Assembly: GCA_965198065.1 (NCBI GenBank)
Contig: CBDAON010000004.1
Span: 1,280,001 to 1,344,000, forward strand
DNA: 64,000 bases
Direction of reading: 5' to 3'
Source of the DNA: Longimicrobiales bacterium
GTDB lineage: Bacteria; Gemmatimonadota; Gemmatimonadetes; Longimicrobiales; Gaopeijiaceae
Part shown: positions 53,805 through 62,251 of the stretch, piece after piece
How the letters are laid out: each line of letters opens with the position of its first letter
Numbering within the stretch: the stretch's first letter is position 1
Position numbers and translations under genes: made by a program
The notes under the pieces: generated by a model
Seen by the model: the letters and a program-made list of their open reading frames with translations, nothing else
The model's database searches: none
What the model was told of the DNA's origin: nothing

Positions 53805-53913
53805 ACATCCAGAATCTACCGGTGTCCAGTGCCATCCAGATAGATTGCTAAATTACTGTAGTTAAAGGGCTTTATCTACCTTATCCGGCATCTTGCGCGG
53901 CTCGCTACATCCC

Positions 53914-53942
53914 TTGATATCCATCTCCATCCCCTATATTAT
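53914..53942 (+). promoter_or_regulatory. Integrase promoter (probably leaderless) overlapping arm-type motifs
   Basis: TTGATA-N17-TATTAT, 6 nt before ATG 53949. Confidence 0.6.
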
Positions 53943-53948
53943 GAGGGT

Positions 53949-55181
53949 ATGAATGCCGTAGAGAACACCGCCGATCCGCCCCGGAAGACCAAGCCCAAGG
54001 GCCGTCACCCCGACAAAGCCCTGTCCGCCGCCTTCGTGCGCACGGCCCCGCCGGGCAGATATTGCGACGGCAATGGGCTCTACCTCTTCGTTCAGCCGAG
54101 CGGAGCCCGGAGCTGGATTCAACGGCTGGTCATCCGCGGCCGTCGCCGTGACTGCGGACTCGGCAGCGTCGCGCTGGTCTCGCTCGCCGAGGCTCGAGAG
54201 AAGGCGCGGGCCAACCGCAAGCTGGCCCGCGAGGGCGGCGACCCGCTGGCGGAGAAGCGCCGCGCCCAAGGCGTGCCCAGCTTCGCCGAAGCCGCTGCGC
54301 GCGTGGTGCAGCAGAAGCAGGCCGGTTGGCGCAATCCGAAGCATTGCCGCGACTGGATGTCGAGCCTGAGGCGATTCGCCTTCGCGCGCATCGGCGAGAT
54401 ACCGGTGTCGCAGGTGACGAGCGCCGACGTGCTGGAGATCCTTGCTCCGATCTGGCACACGAAGGCGACCACCGCCCGGAAGTTGCGCCAGCGCATCCGC
54501 ACGGTGTTGGAGTGGGCCGTGGCGATGGAGTTCAGGACCGACAACCCGTGCGACCGCCTCGGGCCGGTGCTCGGAGCGCAAGACGCCGTGGTGCAACACA
54601 TGCGGGCCTTGCCGCATCGCGAGGTGGCATCGGCCCTCGAGACGGTGCGGGCATCGGAGAGGATGCCCGTCGTCAAGCTGGTGTTCGAGTTCCTGGTGCT
54701 GACGGCGGCGAGGTGGGGCGAGGTACGGGGGGCCGAATGGGCCGAGATCGATCGGAGGGAGGGTGTGTGGACGGTTCCAGCCACACGGATGAAGGCGAAG
54801 CGCGAGCACCGGGTGCCGCTGTGCCGCCGCGCCATGGAGATCCTCGAGGAGGCGCGGACGCTCGACGACGGCAGTCCGCTGGTGTTCACCGACGGGGCAG
54901 GCAGGCAGCTCAACGGCAAGCGGCTGCGGCGGCTGCTCCGAAAGCACGGGATCTCGGCCGTGCCGCACGGCTTCCGGTCCAGCTTCAGGGACTGGGCGGC
55001 CGAGGAAACGGACCATCCGCGCGAGGTGATCGAGGCGGCGCTGGCGCACGTGGTCCAGAACAAGGTCGAGGCCGCGTATCGGCGCACGGACCTGTTCGAG
55101 CGCCGCCGCCTGCTGATGAACGATTGGGCCGGGTATCTGGCCCGCGAGCGTCGAGACCCGGAGGCCGGTCCCAGCCGCTGA
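53949..55181 (+). CDS. P4-like tyrosine integrase with arm-binding domain
   Basis: DGNGLYLFVQPSGARSW, VSLAEARE, LTAARWGEV, RMKAKREHRVPL, PHGFRSSFRDW, LAH, AAYRR; reading frame intact. Confidence 0.95.
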   Translation: MNAVENTADPPRKTKPKGRHPDKALSAAFVRTAPPGRYCDGNGLYLFVQPSGARSWIQRLVIRGRRRDCGLGSVALVSLAEAREKARANRKLAREGGDPLAEKRRAQGVPSFAEAAARVVQQKQAGWRNPKHCRDWMSSLRRFAFARIGEIPVSQVTSADVLEILAPIWHTKATTARKLRQRIRTVLEWAVAMEFRTDNPCDRLGPVLGAQDAVVQHMRALPHREVASALETVRASERMPVVKLVFEFLVLTAARWGEVRGAEWAEIDRREGVWTVPATRMKAKREHRVPLCRRAMEILEEARTLDDGSPLVFTDGAGRQLNGKRLRRLLRKHGISAVPHGFRSSFRDWAAEETDHPREVIEAALAHVVQNKVEAAYRRTDLFERRRLLMNDWAGYLARERRDPEAGPSR

Positions 55182-55219
55182 GGCGCGAGCCGTTGAGGCC
55201 CGATCCGAGGCCGATCCAC

Positions 55220-55303
55220 GGCTGGCTCATGACCCCTTAAGGGTCAAGAGCCAGCCTACCCTTTGTACCCACAAAGGGGCTGGCGAGGGGCTCCGCCCCT
55301 TCG
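55220..55303 (-). other. oriT-like module 1
   Basis: Minus strand: AGGGGCGGAGCCCCT hairpin, GCCAG, inverted repeat CCCTTTGT-gggt-ACAAAGGG, TAGG-CTGGCTCT, then a further inverted repeat. Confidence 0.5.
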
Positions 55304-55551
55304 ATCCCGAAGGATGCCCGCGCTCTGCTGCGGTGTGCCGTGCTCGCCCAGCGTGCGAGCCGTGTCCGGTCGCGCCCGATGGAGCCTGGCCAGGCGGCTC
55401 CGCAGCGACCGCCTCAGCGTCACCGGCGCAGCTCGCGCCCACGCTCGGCGGACACCGCTCGAGGGGTTGGCCGAAGGGCCGGAGTCCCGGGGAAGGCGCC
55501 TGGCCCCGGGAGGGAAGGAGTGGCCCCCCGGTTCCGATGCCACGGGCTAAT

Positions 55552-56172
55552 TCAACTGAACGTCGCGGCCCCCGAGAACGACTCGTTGATCTGAGCGCCG
55601 CACGCCTGCCCGGCGACTGTGATGCTGAACCCGAGCAACGCGTCCGGATCATCCACCGACTCCAAATCCACATCCATCCGGCATGACCCACTCCGACCGT
55701 CGCCCGTGGCCCACTGAACCGTCCCGGCCACGGTGCCGCTGATCTCGAACATGAACTCTGTCGAGATTGACAGCTCGATGCTCATCTCCACCTCGGGCGC
55801 GCCGTCCACGGTAAAGGTGATCCCGGTCCCCGTGTGCCTCTCCATGCAATCCGCGTGAACAAGGGTCGCCGACACGCCCACGCCGGCGCCGTCGTCGCCC
55901 GGTCCTAGGGAAGGCGTGACCTGTGCGTCCACTGCCACCGTTCCACCTATCGTGCATTGGCCCGTGAACTGTAGGCTGGCGCCGCCAGGGGTCACGATCT
56001 CGTTGATTTCGTCGCCGCTCAGCAGCTGGAGGCCGGGGTTCATCGTTACCTCGAGGAGCGCGAGAGCCTCCGCCGGGGTCAGCGAGTCTTCGGGCTCCGT
56101 CGAGCTGCCACCGCCGCAAGAAGCCACGGCTAGTCCGACACTCAGAATCACCCCTGCTCGAATTCGGCGCAT
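55552..56172 (-). CDS. Lipoprotein of unknown function (cargo)
   Basis: MRRIRAGVILSVGLAVASC lipobox; acidic, beta-rich body with Cys residues. Confidence 0.8.
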   Translation of the reverse strand: MRRIRAGVILSVGLAVASCGGGSSTEPEDSLTPAEALALLEVTMNPGLQLLSGDEINEIVTPGGASLQFTGQCTIGGTVAVDAQVTPSLGPGDDGAGVGVSATLVHADCMERHTGTGITFTVDGAPEVEMSIELSISTEFMFEISGTVAGTVQWATGDGRSGSCRMDVDLESVDDPDALLGFSITVAGQACGAQINESFSGAATFS

Positions 56173-56529
56173 AAGTCACGTCCTCTGTTGTGGCAATTTC
56201 TGATTCGGGAGCGCCAACTCGCGAATCGATCCCGGCCGGTCGCCTGAGCGGGCGTGAGCGGGATCACCCGTTCCGCAACCACCGGCGAGCCCTTCTCTTC
56301 GGCACGCCCCGACCGTGTCCGGATGTGCCGTGATAACACTCCCGGAGCCTAGGAGGTCCTGTGTGGGCGCCGCCGGGTTGAGCCGGAGTGAGATCCCTGA
56401 CTCGGGCTCGGGTCGGTCACTTTGTGACGAGCGAGTACCGGCGTTCAGTAAGGCCAACAGCACGGCAGGCGGGCGAGCGAGCCGGGCGGCCGCTCGCTGC
56501 CCCGGCAGCGGCCCGGTAAGTTGGGGGTT

Positions 56530-56616
56530 CAAGGGGGGCGCAGCGTCCCCTTGGCCAGACCGCAATGTTTGACATTGCGTGGGCTGGCTTAAGCACCTTA
56601 GTGTCCGTCTAAGGTG
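56530..56616 (+). other. oriT-like module 2 with ColE1/MOBP5-type nic motif CTGGCTTA
   Basis: CAAGGGG..CCCCTTG hairpin, GCCAG, inverted repeat CGCAATGT-ttg-ACATTGCG, TGGG-CTGGCTTA (56584-56591), inverted repeat CACCTTAG-N7-CTAAGGTG. Confidence 0.6.
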
Positions 56617-56912
56617 GCGCGACGGCGGTCGGAAACGCACCCGCCGGGGGGGTGTTGGCCCCCGGCTTGCGCGTCCCCTCTGAGTTGCTGGTGAAGCTCT
56701 CGTGGGCTCACCTCCGGAGCCGGTCACGGTGCGGGGGGGTGAAGCGATCCGGCGCGCAAGCCCGCCAGGTTCGCACGTGCGGGGATCGGATCGGCGGGGC
56801 ACACGGGGCCTCCGGGGAGCTTCACCGCCGGGGGGATCGCATCGCAAGCGCTGGCGCTAGGCAGGGGCGGTCTGAAGGAAGTAGTGGTCTGATCTTCCTG
56901 TAACGAAGACGC

Positions 56913-57272
56913 TTAGGCTGGGTCTCCTTTCTTGATACGAATTCCTGCGCAGAAATAAGCGATGATCGCCCACGCCGGTATGACCAAGTACGGAAACGGG
57001 TCGGTTGCGATCTCGAAGGCAATGTCATTTCGCAGAATAATCAACAGCACTATAGACACCAGAGCCAAGGCTTCTACGGACCTCCGAAGCATCGTCTCCT
57101 TTCTCAAGCCTAGGAGTCTCCTCTTTCGAGACCGGTAGGCGAGAGCGCCAAGAATCATAATTGGTCCGGCAATGAATCCTGCCGTGTCGTCCCCGGCCGC
57201 CAACCGGGCGGGAGCTCCGAGGAAGTAGATGGCGCCAAACACAATGGCCAGAGTGGATCCTAGGAACCGCAT
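56913..57272 (-). CDS. Small four-TM membrane protein (cargo, lower GC)
   Basis: Four hydrophobic segments with a basic loop RSRKRR; start uncertain. Confidence 0.7.
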   Translation of the reverse strand: MRFLGSTLAIVFGAIYFLGAPARLAAGDDTAGFIAGPIMILGALAYRSRKRRLLGLRKETMLRRSVEALALVSIVLLIILRNDIAFEIATDPFPYLVIPAWAIIAYFCAGIRIKKGDPA

Positions 57273-57720
57273 GTCTGGCACGAACCGGTTCGCTTTCACG
57301 ACAAACGCCTCCTCACCCGTAGGATGTAGCGAGAGGCCAATCTTAGGGGATCGCATCCGGGAGCGAGCCCGCCGGGGCGGATCGGATCGCAAGCCTGCCA
57401 GGCGCGCACATGGCTGCCTCCGGACCTACTGGGAAAGGTGCACCGGGTGGTGCCGTTAGTCCGACGGTCCAAGAGAAACCGGTGTGTAGAATGCGACCAT
57501 GCGGCACGTGTGGCATACGAGAGGAATTACGGGGAACAACTCATCTTCCTCGGACTGCCCCTGGAGGAACCATAGCCTACTGCCGGGTTCCAGAGTTTCT
57601 TGGTTCCGGCAATGTAGGCAGATGATGCCATGCTGGCGCAGGTGAGCTGATTACTCTCCTCAGCTCTTCACTGGTCAGCTTATCGGACCGGGTGTACTCG
57701 ATTCTGTCCGGATCCATGCG

Positions 57721-58311
57721 TCAGCCGCAGGCTTCCTCATTCACGCGGAGGTAGTCGAGGATGAACCCGTCCAGGTACTCGGACACCGTTTGCATGATGA
57801 AGCTCGCGCTCCCGCCGTGTGTGCCGATGGTGTCCCTTTCCCATGTGGTGGCCACCCCCGATTCTCCGCTTCTGGGGTCTTGGACGGACTTAAAGAGCTC
57901 TAGGCTGATATCGAACGCCGGGCTGAACGTCCTGATATTCAGCTCCAGCATCTGGCCGCCGCCCGAATCGTACAGCCTAGCGGCCCGCAACCGGCTCTCC
58001 ACCATCGTCCAAACGCGCTCCTTGGTGAGCCCCATTTCCTCCGCCTCGTCGCCTGAGACTAGACCGACGGCATACACCGGCGCGCACTCGGTGAATAGCC
58101 CGAAGCGGTCAACGTACGTCCCGTCCAAAATCTCCGCGAACACGTTGCACGGCGGCAGTGCCTGGTCCGGGTCGGCGGACACCGGCGGAGCGCCTGACGG
58201 GTCCTGCTCCGGGGCGGGCTCCGCCCTGTCGAAGTCGTCAACCTGGCACGCGAGCGGCACGGCGAGCGCGAGGCCCGCCAGAGCGAGCTGGCAGACACGG
58301 TGGGCGCTCAC
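57721..58311 (-). CDS. Lipoprotein of unknown function (cargo)
   Basis: LAVPLAC lipobox, Pro-rich linker, globular C-terminal domain. Confidence 0.75.
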   Translation of the reverse strand: MSAHRVCQLALAGLALAVPLACQVDDFDRAEPAPEQDPSGAPPVSADPDQALPPCNVFAEILDGTYVDRFGLFTECAPVYAVGLVSGDEAEEMGLTKERVWTMVESRLRAARLYDSGGGQMLELNIRTFSPAFDISLELFKSVQDPRSGESGVATTWERDTIGTHGGSASFIMQTVSEYLDGFILDYLRVNEEACG

Positions 58312-58525
58312 GGGGCCGGGCCGGGCTCGGGGGGGCGCAGCCCGGAGCCGCGCCAGCCGTCGATCAGCCCCTCGATCCGCGCCACGCGTTCCCGCAGGTC
58401 CGCGACGTCGCGGCGGATGGCGACCGCGAGCACGATGCCCACGCCGTCCGCTCGATGGCGGCGAGGGAGCCCGCGCGGAGTCGGATCAAGACTTGTTCGG
58501 GGTACAGCGTTCGCCGCCGGGACAT
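58308..58525 (-). pseudogene. Fused remnants: RHH-like N-terminus plus a TM/coiled-coil tail
   Basis: MSRRRTLYPEQVLIRLRAGSLAAIER in one frame; GIVLAVAIRRDVADLRERVARIEGLIDG in another, whose stop overlaps the lipoprotein GTG. Confidence 0.4.
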
Positions 58526-58760
58526 TCGGCGGGGCTCTTGTCCGCCTCCAAGCGTGCGCCAAGGGACGGTTGGTCCGGTCATTGCTCGTCCTCCGTTGCG
58601 TCGGCGCGGACCTTCAATCCCCACTGTCTAACCGACGGGTTCTGCAAGGTTCCCTTCCGCGAACGTCCACTGGGGTCGAACGGATTCCCGTACGGAAAGA
58701 GGGATCTAATGAGGGGATCGGAGAGAGTTGGTCAGCAGTAAGTTATTATATATCAGTATC

Positions 58761-58994
58761 TTATAATCTTTCTGTCGCGGCCTCGTAGGCCACGGCCTCG
58801 GCGCGGCCGACCTCGTCGACCCGCACCACGATGGGCCTGGGCGGCTCGACGGTCGCGATGCGAAGGAGCAGGACGGCGAGCGCGAGGCATCCCCCTGCTA
58901 GGATGATTGCAAGAGTCCGGAGCTTTCGGTTCGCCTCGACGGTCTCGCCCCAGATCTCCGCGTACTCGCGGCCGGCATCGTGTTCTCGGTTCAT
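58761..58994 (-). pseudogene. virB8: virB8/TrbF N-terminal segment (cytoplasmic tail plus TM), truncated by the nested element
   Basis: AAGGAG RBS; MNREHDAGREYAEIWG...TM...PIVVRVDEVGRAEAVAYEAAT, then ERL* inside the element. Confidence 0.88.
58777..58795. repeat. att core direct repeat, right copy
   Basis: GCGGCCTCGTAGGCCACGG, identical to 53786-53804. Confidence 0.95.
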
Positions 58995-59005
58995 GGATGT
59001 CTCCT

Positions 59006-60016
59006 TCAGCCTCCGGGGACTGGGGGGCGGGGCGGGTTCGCGGCAGCCGTGAGGCGCCCGCCGCCGCGCACCACGAGCGCCATCATGCCCGACCCGACGG
59101 ACCCGGATCCGGAGACGAGCATCGCGGCGAGCTCGCCCACCTTCATGCCGGCCATCAGGCCGGAGACGACGAGCGGGAGGAGAACGACGACCCACAGCCC
59201 CAGCTCGGCGGGGTCGGAGGAGCCGGTGCCCATCAGGGCACCGGTATAGGTGGTGACGTAGCCCATGCCCACGCCCATGAACACACGGAGGATGGCTCCC
59301 GCCACGACGCCGTAGAGCGTGTAGACCATGAGCGTGCGGAACCATCCCCAGAACAGGAACGCGAGCGGCTCGAACAGCAGCCAGGGGATGAACACGGGGC
59401 CCAAGAGGATCACGATCGCGAGCGCCACCTGCGCCCAGATCACCTGCGCGTAGGTCAGGCAGAAGAGCGCGACTAGGCCGAGCACGAGCGGCACGCCCAT
59501 CATCAGCGCGACGAGGGCGGAGAAGAACACGCTCACGCCCTCGGTCACGAGGGTCATCAGGCTCCCGCCCGACCATGCCGCGCCGAGCCGTGCGGCGAAC
59601 GCCTGCACCAGCGCGGTCATCTCCGTGTAGCCGACCGACACGACGTCGGAGATGAACAGGTTCTGGAGCCAAATCCCTCCGGCCGCCACCGTGGCCGGGA
59701 ACGTGAACCCCACGCCCGGGATCGGGACGCTGTAGTAGTGGAGTAGCGTCCGGGGGATCGCGATCCCGAGGACGACCCGCACGAGCGCCCAAGGCTCGAG
59801 CGTGCCGCTGTAGGCGATCTTGAGGCCGGTCCAGGCGACGACGATCGCCGCGAGACCGCCCCAGAGTTGGTGGCCGAGCGTCAGCACGTCGGGCGCGGCG
59901 CCGCCGATCACCGTATCGAGCACGACGTCCAGGAACCCCTTGAAGTCCTGGAGCTGATCCGCGGGGATCTGGGCCGGGACGTTCGGATCGATCGACTGAG
60001 GGGGAGGAAGTTGCAT
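59006..60016 (-). CDS. virB6: VirB6/TrbL-like polytopic membrane protein
   Basis: Multiple TMs with LLGPVFIPWLLFEPLAFLFWGW; position in the T4SS operon. Confidence 0.85.
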   Translation of the reverse strand: MQLPPPQSIDPNVPAQIPADQLQDFKGFLDVVLDTVIGGAAPDVLTLGHQLWGGLAAIVVAWTGLKIAYSGTLEPWALVRVVLGIAIPRTLLHYYSVPIPGVGFTFPATVAAGGIWLQNLFISDVVSVGYTEMTALVQAFAARLGAAWSGGSLMTLVTEGVSVFFSALVALMMGVPLVLGLVALFCLTYAQVIWAQVALAIVILLGPVFIPWLLFEPLAFLFWGWFRTLMVYTLYGVVAGAILRVFMGVGMGYVTTYTGALMGTGSSDPAELGLWVVVLLPLVVSGLMAGMKVGELAAMLVSGSGSVGSGMMALVVRGGGRLTAAANPPRPPVPGG

Positions 60017-60035
60017 GACGGTCGCTCCCCGGGGC

Positions 60036-60947
60036 CTAGGCTTGGCCGCCCATGTAGAACGACGGGACCTTGAAGAGGAGCCCCTCCCGGAGCCGGTCGC
60101 GATTCTGGAGCGCGGCCGCCCGCATCTGCTCGTACATCGCGTTCGTACGGAGGCGTGCGTCCCTCCACTCGGCGAGCCGCTCGAGCCGGTCGATCTCGGC
60201 CTGCTGCATCTGGTTCGCCTGCTCGACGGCCTGATAGGCGAGCACCTGCGCCACGGCGGCGTTGATCCGGCCCTGCGTCAGCGCGGCAGCCACTTGCGCC
60301 TGCTGGAGCGCCGTGTTGGACAGATTGCCGTTCGCGGTCAGGTCGTCGAACGAGCCCTGTGCGCTCTCGACGGTCGAGGCGAGCGAGGCCGCGGCGTCCA
60401 TCATCGCGTAGTCGAGCACGCGCTGGCGGTCGGCGGCCTCACGGGCCTGGCGGTAGTCCTCAACCGCGCGCGACGACGCCTCGGCCGGGCGGTTGCGGAA
60501 CAGCTCGAGGATGTCCGCCTCGCTCACCTGGTCGGCCACCCCTTGGGCGCTCCGCCAGACGTCGGTGAACGAGTCGCCGCTCCCCATGTCACGCACCGCG
60601 TCGACCAGCTCGCCGGCTGCGCCGGTGAAGTCGGAACCCCAGTCGAGGCCGTCGCCGACGAGGCCGATGGACCCGGCCGCCAGCTCCGCGAACGGCTCGA
60701 TCAGCCCATCCACCTCGCCCCGCGCAACCTCCTTCATGTAGTCGAGCTGCTCCTCGAGCTCGGTGAGCTGGCGGGTCATCGTCCGCATCTGGCGGATCTG
60801 GTTCGCGATCTGGGTCGCCTGGTTCACGATCATCTGGGCACGCTGAATCGCGCCGCTGATGGCGCCCAAGAAGGCTTCGGCCGGCGCCGCGCTGGTCAGG
60901 ATCAGGATCGGGACCAGGAGGACGGCGGTAAGGGTTCGGTGACGCAT
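60036..60947 (-). CDS. TrbJ/VirB5-like secreted protein
   Basis: Signal peptide APAEA, Q-rich helical NQATQIANQIRQM; upstream of virB6. Confidence 0.65.
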   Translation of the reverse strand: MRHRTLTAVLLVPILILTSAAPAEAFLGAISGAIQRAQMIVNQATQIANQIRQMRTMTRQLTELEEQLDYMKEVARGEVDGLIEPFAELAAGSIGLVGDGLDWGSDFTGAAGELVDAVRDMGSGDSFTDVWRSAQGVADQVSEADILELFRNRPAEASSRAVEDYRQAREAADRQRVLDYAMMDAAASLASTVESAQGSFDDLTANGNLSNTALQQAQVAAALTQGRINAAVAQVLAYQAVEQANQMQQAEIDRLERLAEWRDARLRTNAMYEQMRAAALQNRDRLREGLLFKVPSFYMGGQA

Positions 60948-60964
60948 TAGAGGCTCCTTTCGTC

Positions 60965-62251
60965 TCATTGCCGTGTCCCGGGCCTGGGGACCAGGACATC
61001 GGAGGTGAACCAGATGCGCAGGCGGTGGCCCGCGCGGATCGTGATCGTGGGAAGCCGGTTCAGGAACCGGTCGAGGACCGAGGTGGCGCTCTGGCCGAGG
61101 CCCTGGCCGATGCCAGCCCTCAGGCCGAACGGCGAACCACCGGCCAGCGTGAGTCCGCTCAGGACGCCCACGGCTCCGGCGGCCGCGAACGTGCTGAAGT
61201 AGTGGCGATCGACCTCGTCCCGAAGCGCACCCTCGCCCGCCTGGTTCAGGCCGGTGAACTCGAGGCCGATCCAGCTCCCGCCGGGCAGGAGGAGCCGGTG
61301 GAAGCCGACGGCCAGCCGGCTCTGGTCCTGGTCCTGAACGGCCTGGGCCGTGCCGACGACGCGCGTGCCGCGCGGGATCAGAACCCGTTGGCGGTCGGCC
61401 GAATAGAACGGCACCGAGACCATGGCGAGCACCGGTCCGGGGAAATCGCCCGTGAGCTGCGTGAGAAGCACCGCCTCGAGGAACGAGCCCTCGTGGATCC
61501 GCTCCCAGCCCGGCGGGTCTTCGGGCCGGACGCTCCGGCCGAGCTGAATGGGGCTCGGCGTCCGACGGGAGGCTTGCTGCGGCATCGCGCTTGCCGGCTC
61601 CGGGGCCGGTGCAGCCAACCCCAGAGCTCCGAGCAGCCGCTCTTCGGCTGCCAATTCGTCCTCAAGCGTCGCGACGGACTGCTCGAAGGAGGCGAGCGCC
61701 GCTTGGACCGTGTTCTCGAGGAACGCCACATCCGCGTCGGCCGCATCGCCGGTGCGCGGGCCGCCAGCCTCGGACGACTCCAGAGTCGCGTTTGGATCGC
61801 GGTACGACTGGGCCACGGGAAGGGTGCGGAGCGAGCGTGTTCTTCGCTCCAGCTCCTCCAGCCGAAGCGCCTCCCGAAGCTCCGACTCCACCGCTCCGAT
61901 GCCGAGGGCAGCGGTGTTCGGCGCCTGGGACTCGGCCTGGATCCGGGCCATCTCCTCGGCGGCAGCGGCCTGCCGGCGCTCGAGCTCGGCGCGCGCCCGT
62001 GCGGCGGCCTCCAGAGTCTGCCGCTCGGCCTCTTGCCGAATGCGCGCCTGGAGCGACCTCCCCATCCCGTCGTCGACAGCCTGCGCCTCGGGCAGGGCTA
62101 CGAGAGTGTCGGCTTCCTGGGGACCCGTCATCGCCCAGGAGAAAAGCAGTCCACCGACGAGCACGGCGATCAACACCACGCCCGCCTTCGTCACGATGCC
62201 GCCCGGCAGCGCGCCTTCCGGGGGCCGGACCCACTGCTTCCAGCGGCTCAT
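60965..62251 (-). CDS. virB10: VirB10/TrbI-like core complex protein
   Basis: TM, coiled coil, EGSFLEAVL, LIPRGTRVVG, PTITIRAGHRLRIWFTSD. Confidence 0.9.
   Translation of the reverse strand: MSRWKQWVRPPEGALPGGIVTKAGVVLIAVLVGGLLFSWAMTGPQEADTLVALPEAQAVDDGMGRSLQARIRQEAERQTLEAAARARAELERRQAAAAEEMARIQAESQAPNTAALGIGAVESELREALRLEELERRTRSLRTLPVAQSYRDPNATLESSEAGGPRTGDAADADVAFLENTVQAALASFEQSVATLEDELAAEERLLGALGLAAPAPEPASAMPQQASRRTPSPIQLGRSVRPEDPPGWERIHEGSFLEAVLLTQLTGDFPGPVLAMVSVPFYSADRQRVLIPRGTRVVGTAQAVQDQDQSRLAVGFHRLLLPGGSWIGLEFTGLNQAGEGALRDEVDRHYFSTFAAAGAVGVLSGLTLAGGSPFGLRAGIGQGLGQSATSVLDRFLNRLPTITIRAGHRLRIWFTSDVLVPRPGTRQ

Larger units (their letters stand above)
53786..58795. mobile_element. Nested integrative element (4,991-bp excisable unit) inserted in virB8
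   Basis: 19-bp direct repeats, P4-type integrase next to one end, AT-rich ends, cargo genes; the flanks join in frame into virB8. Confidence 0.92.

Noticed and set aside
54119..55240. Overlapping 366-aa and 304-aa ORFs inside the P4-type integrase
   Set aside because: Arg/Ala-rich shadow frames with no recognisable motifs.
57575..57620. Hairpin GCCTAC-TGCCGG...CCGGCA-AT-GTAGGC as an integron attC site
   Set aside because: It lacks proper RYYYAAC/GTTRRRY ends and there is no integron integrase; more likely a generic stem-loop.
58761..59792. 343-aa ORF as one gene
   Set aside because: The upstream part is an alternate frame of virB6; the real start is ATG 58994 with an AAGGAG RBS.
61662..62247. 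C-terminal extension of VirB9 overlapping virB10
   Set aside because: Low-complexity read-through caused by a probable one-base deletion near 62262.
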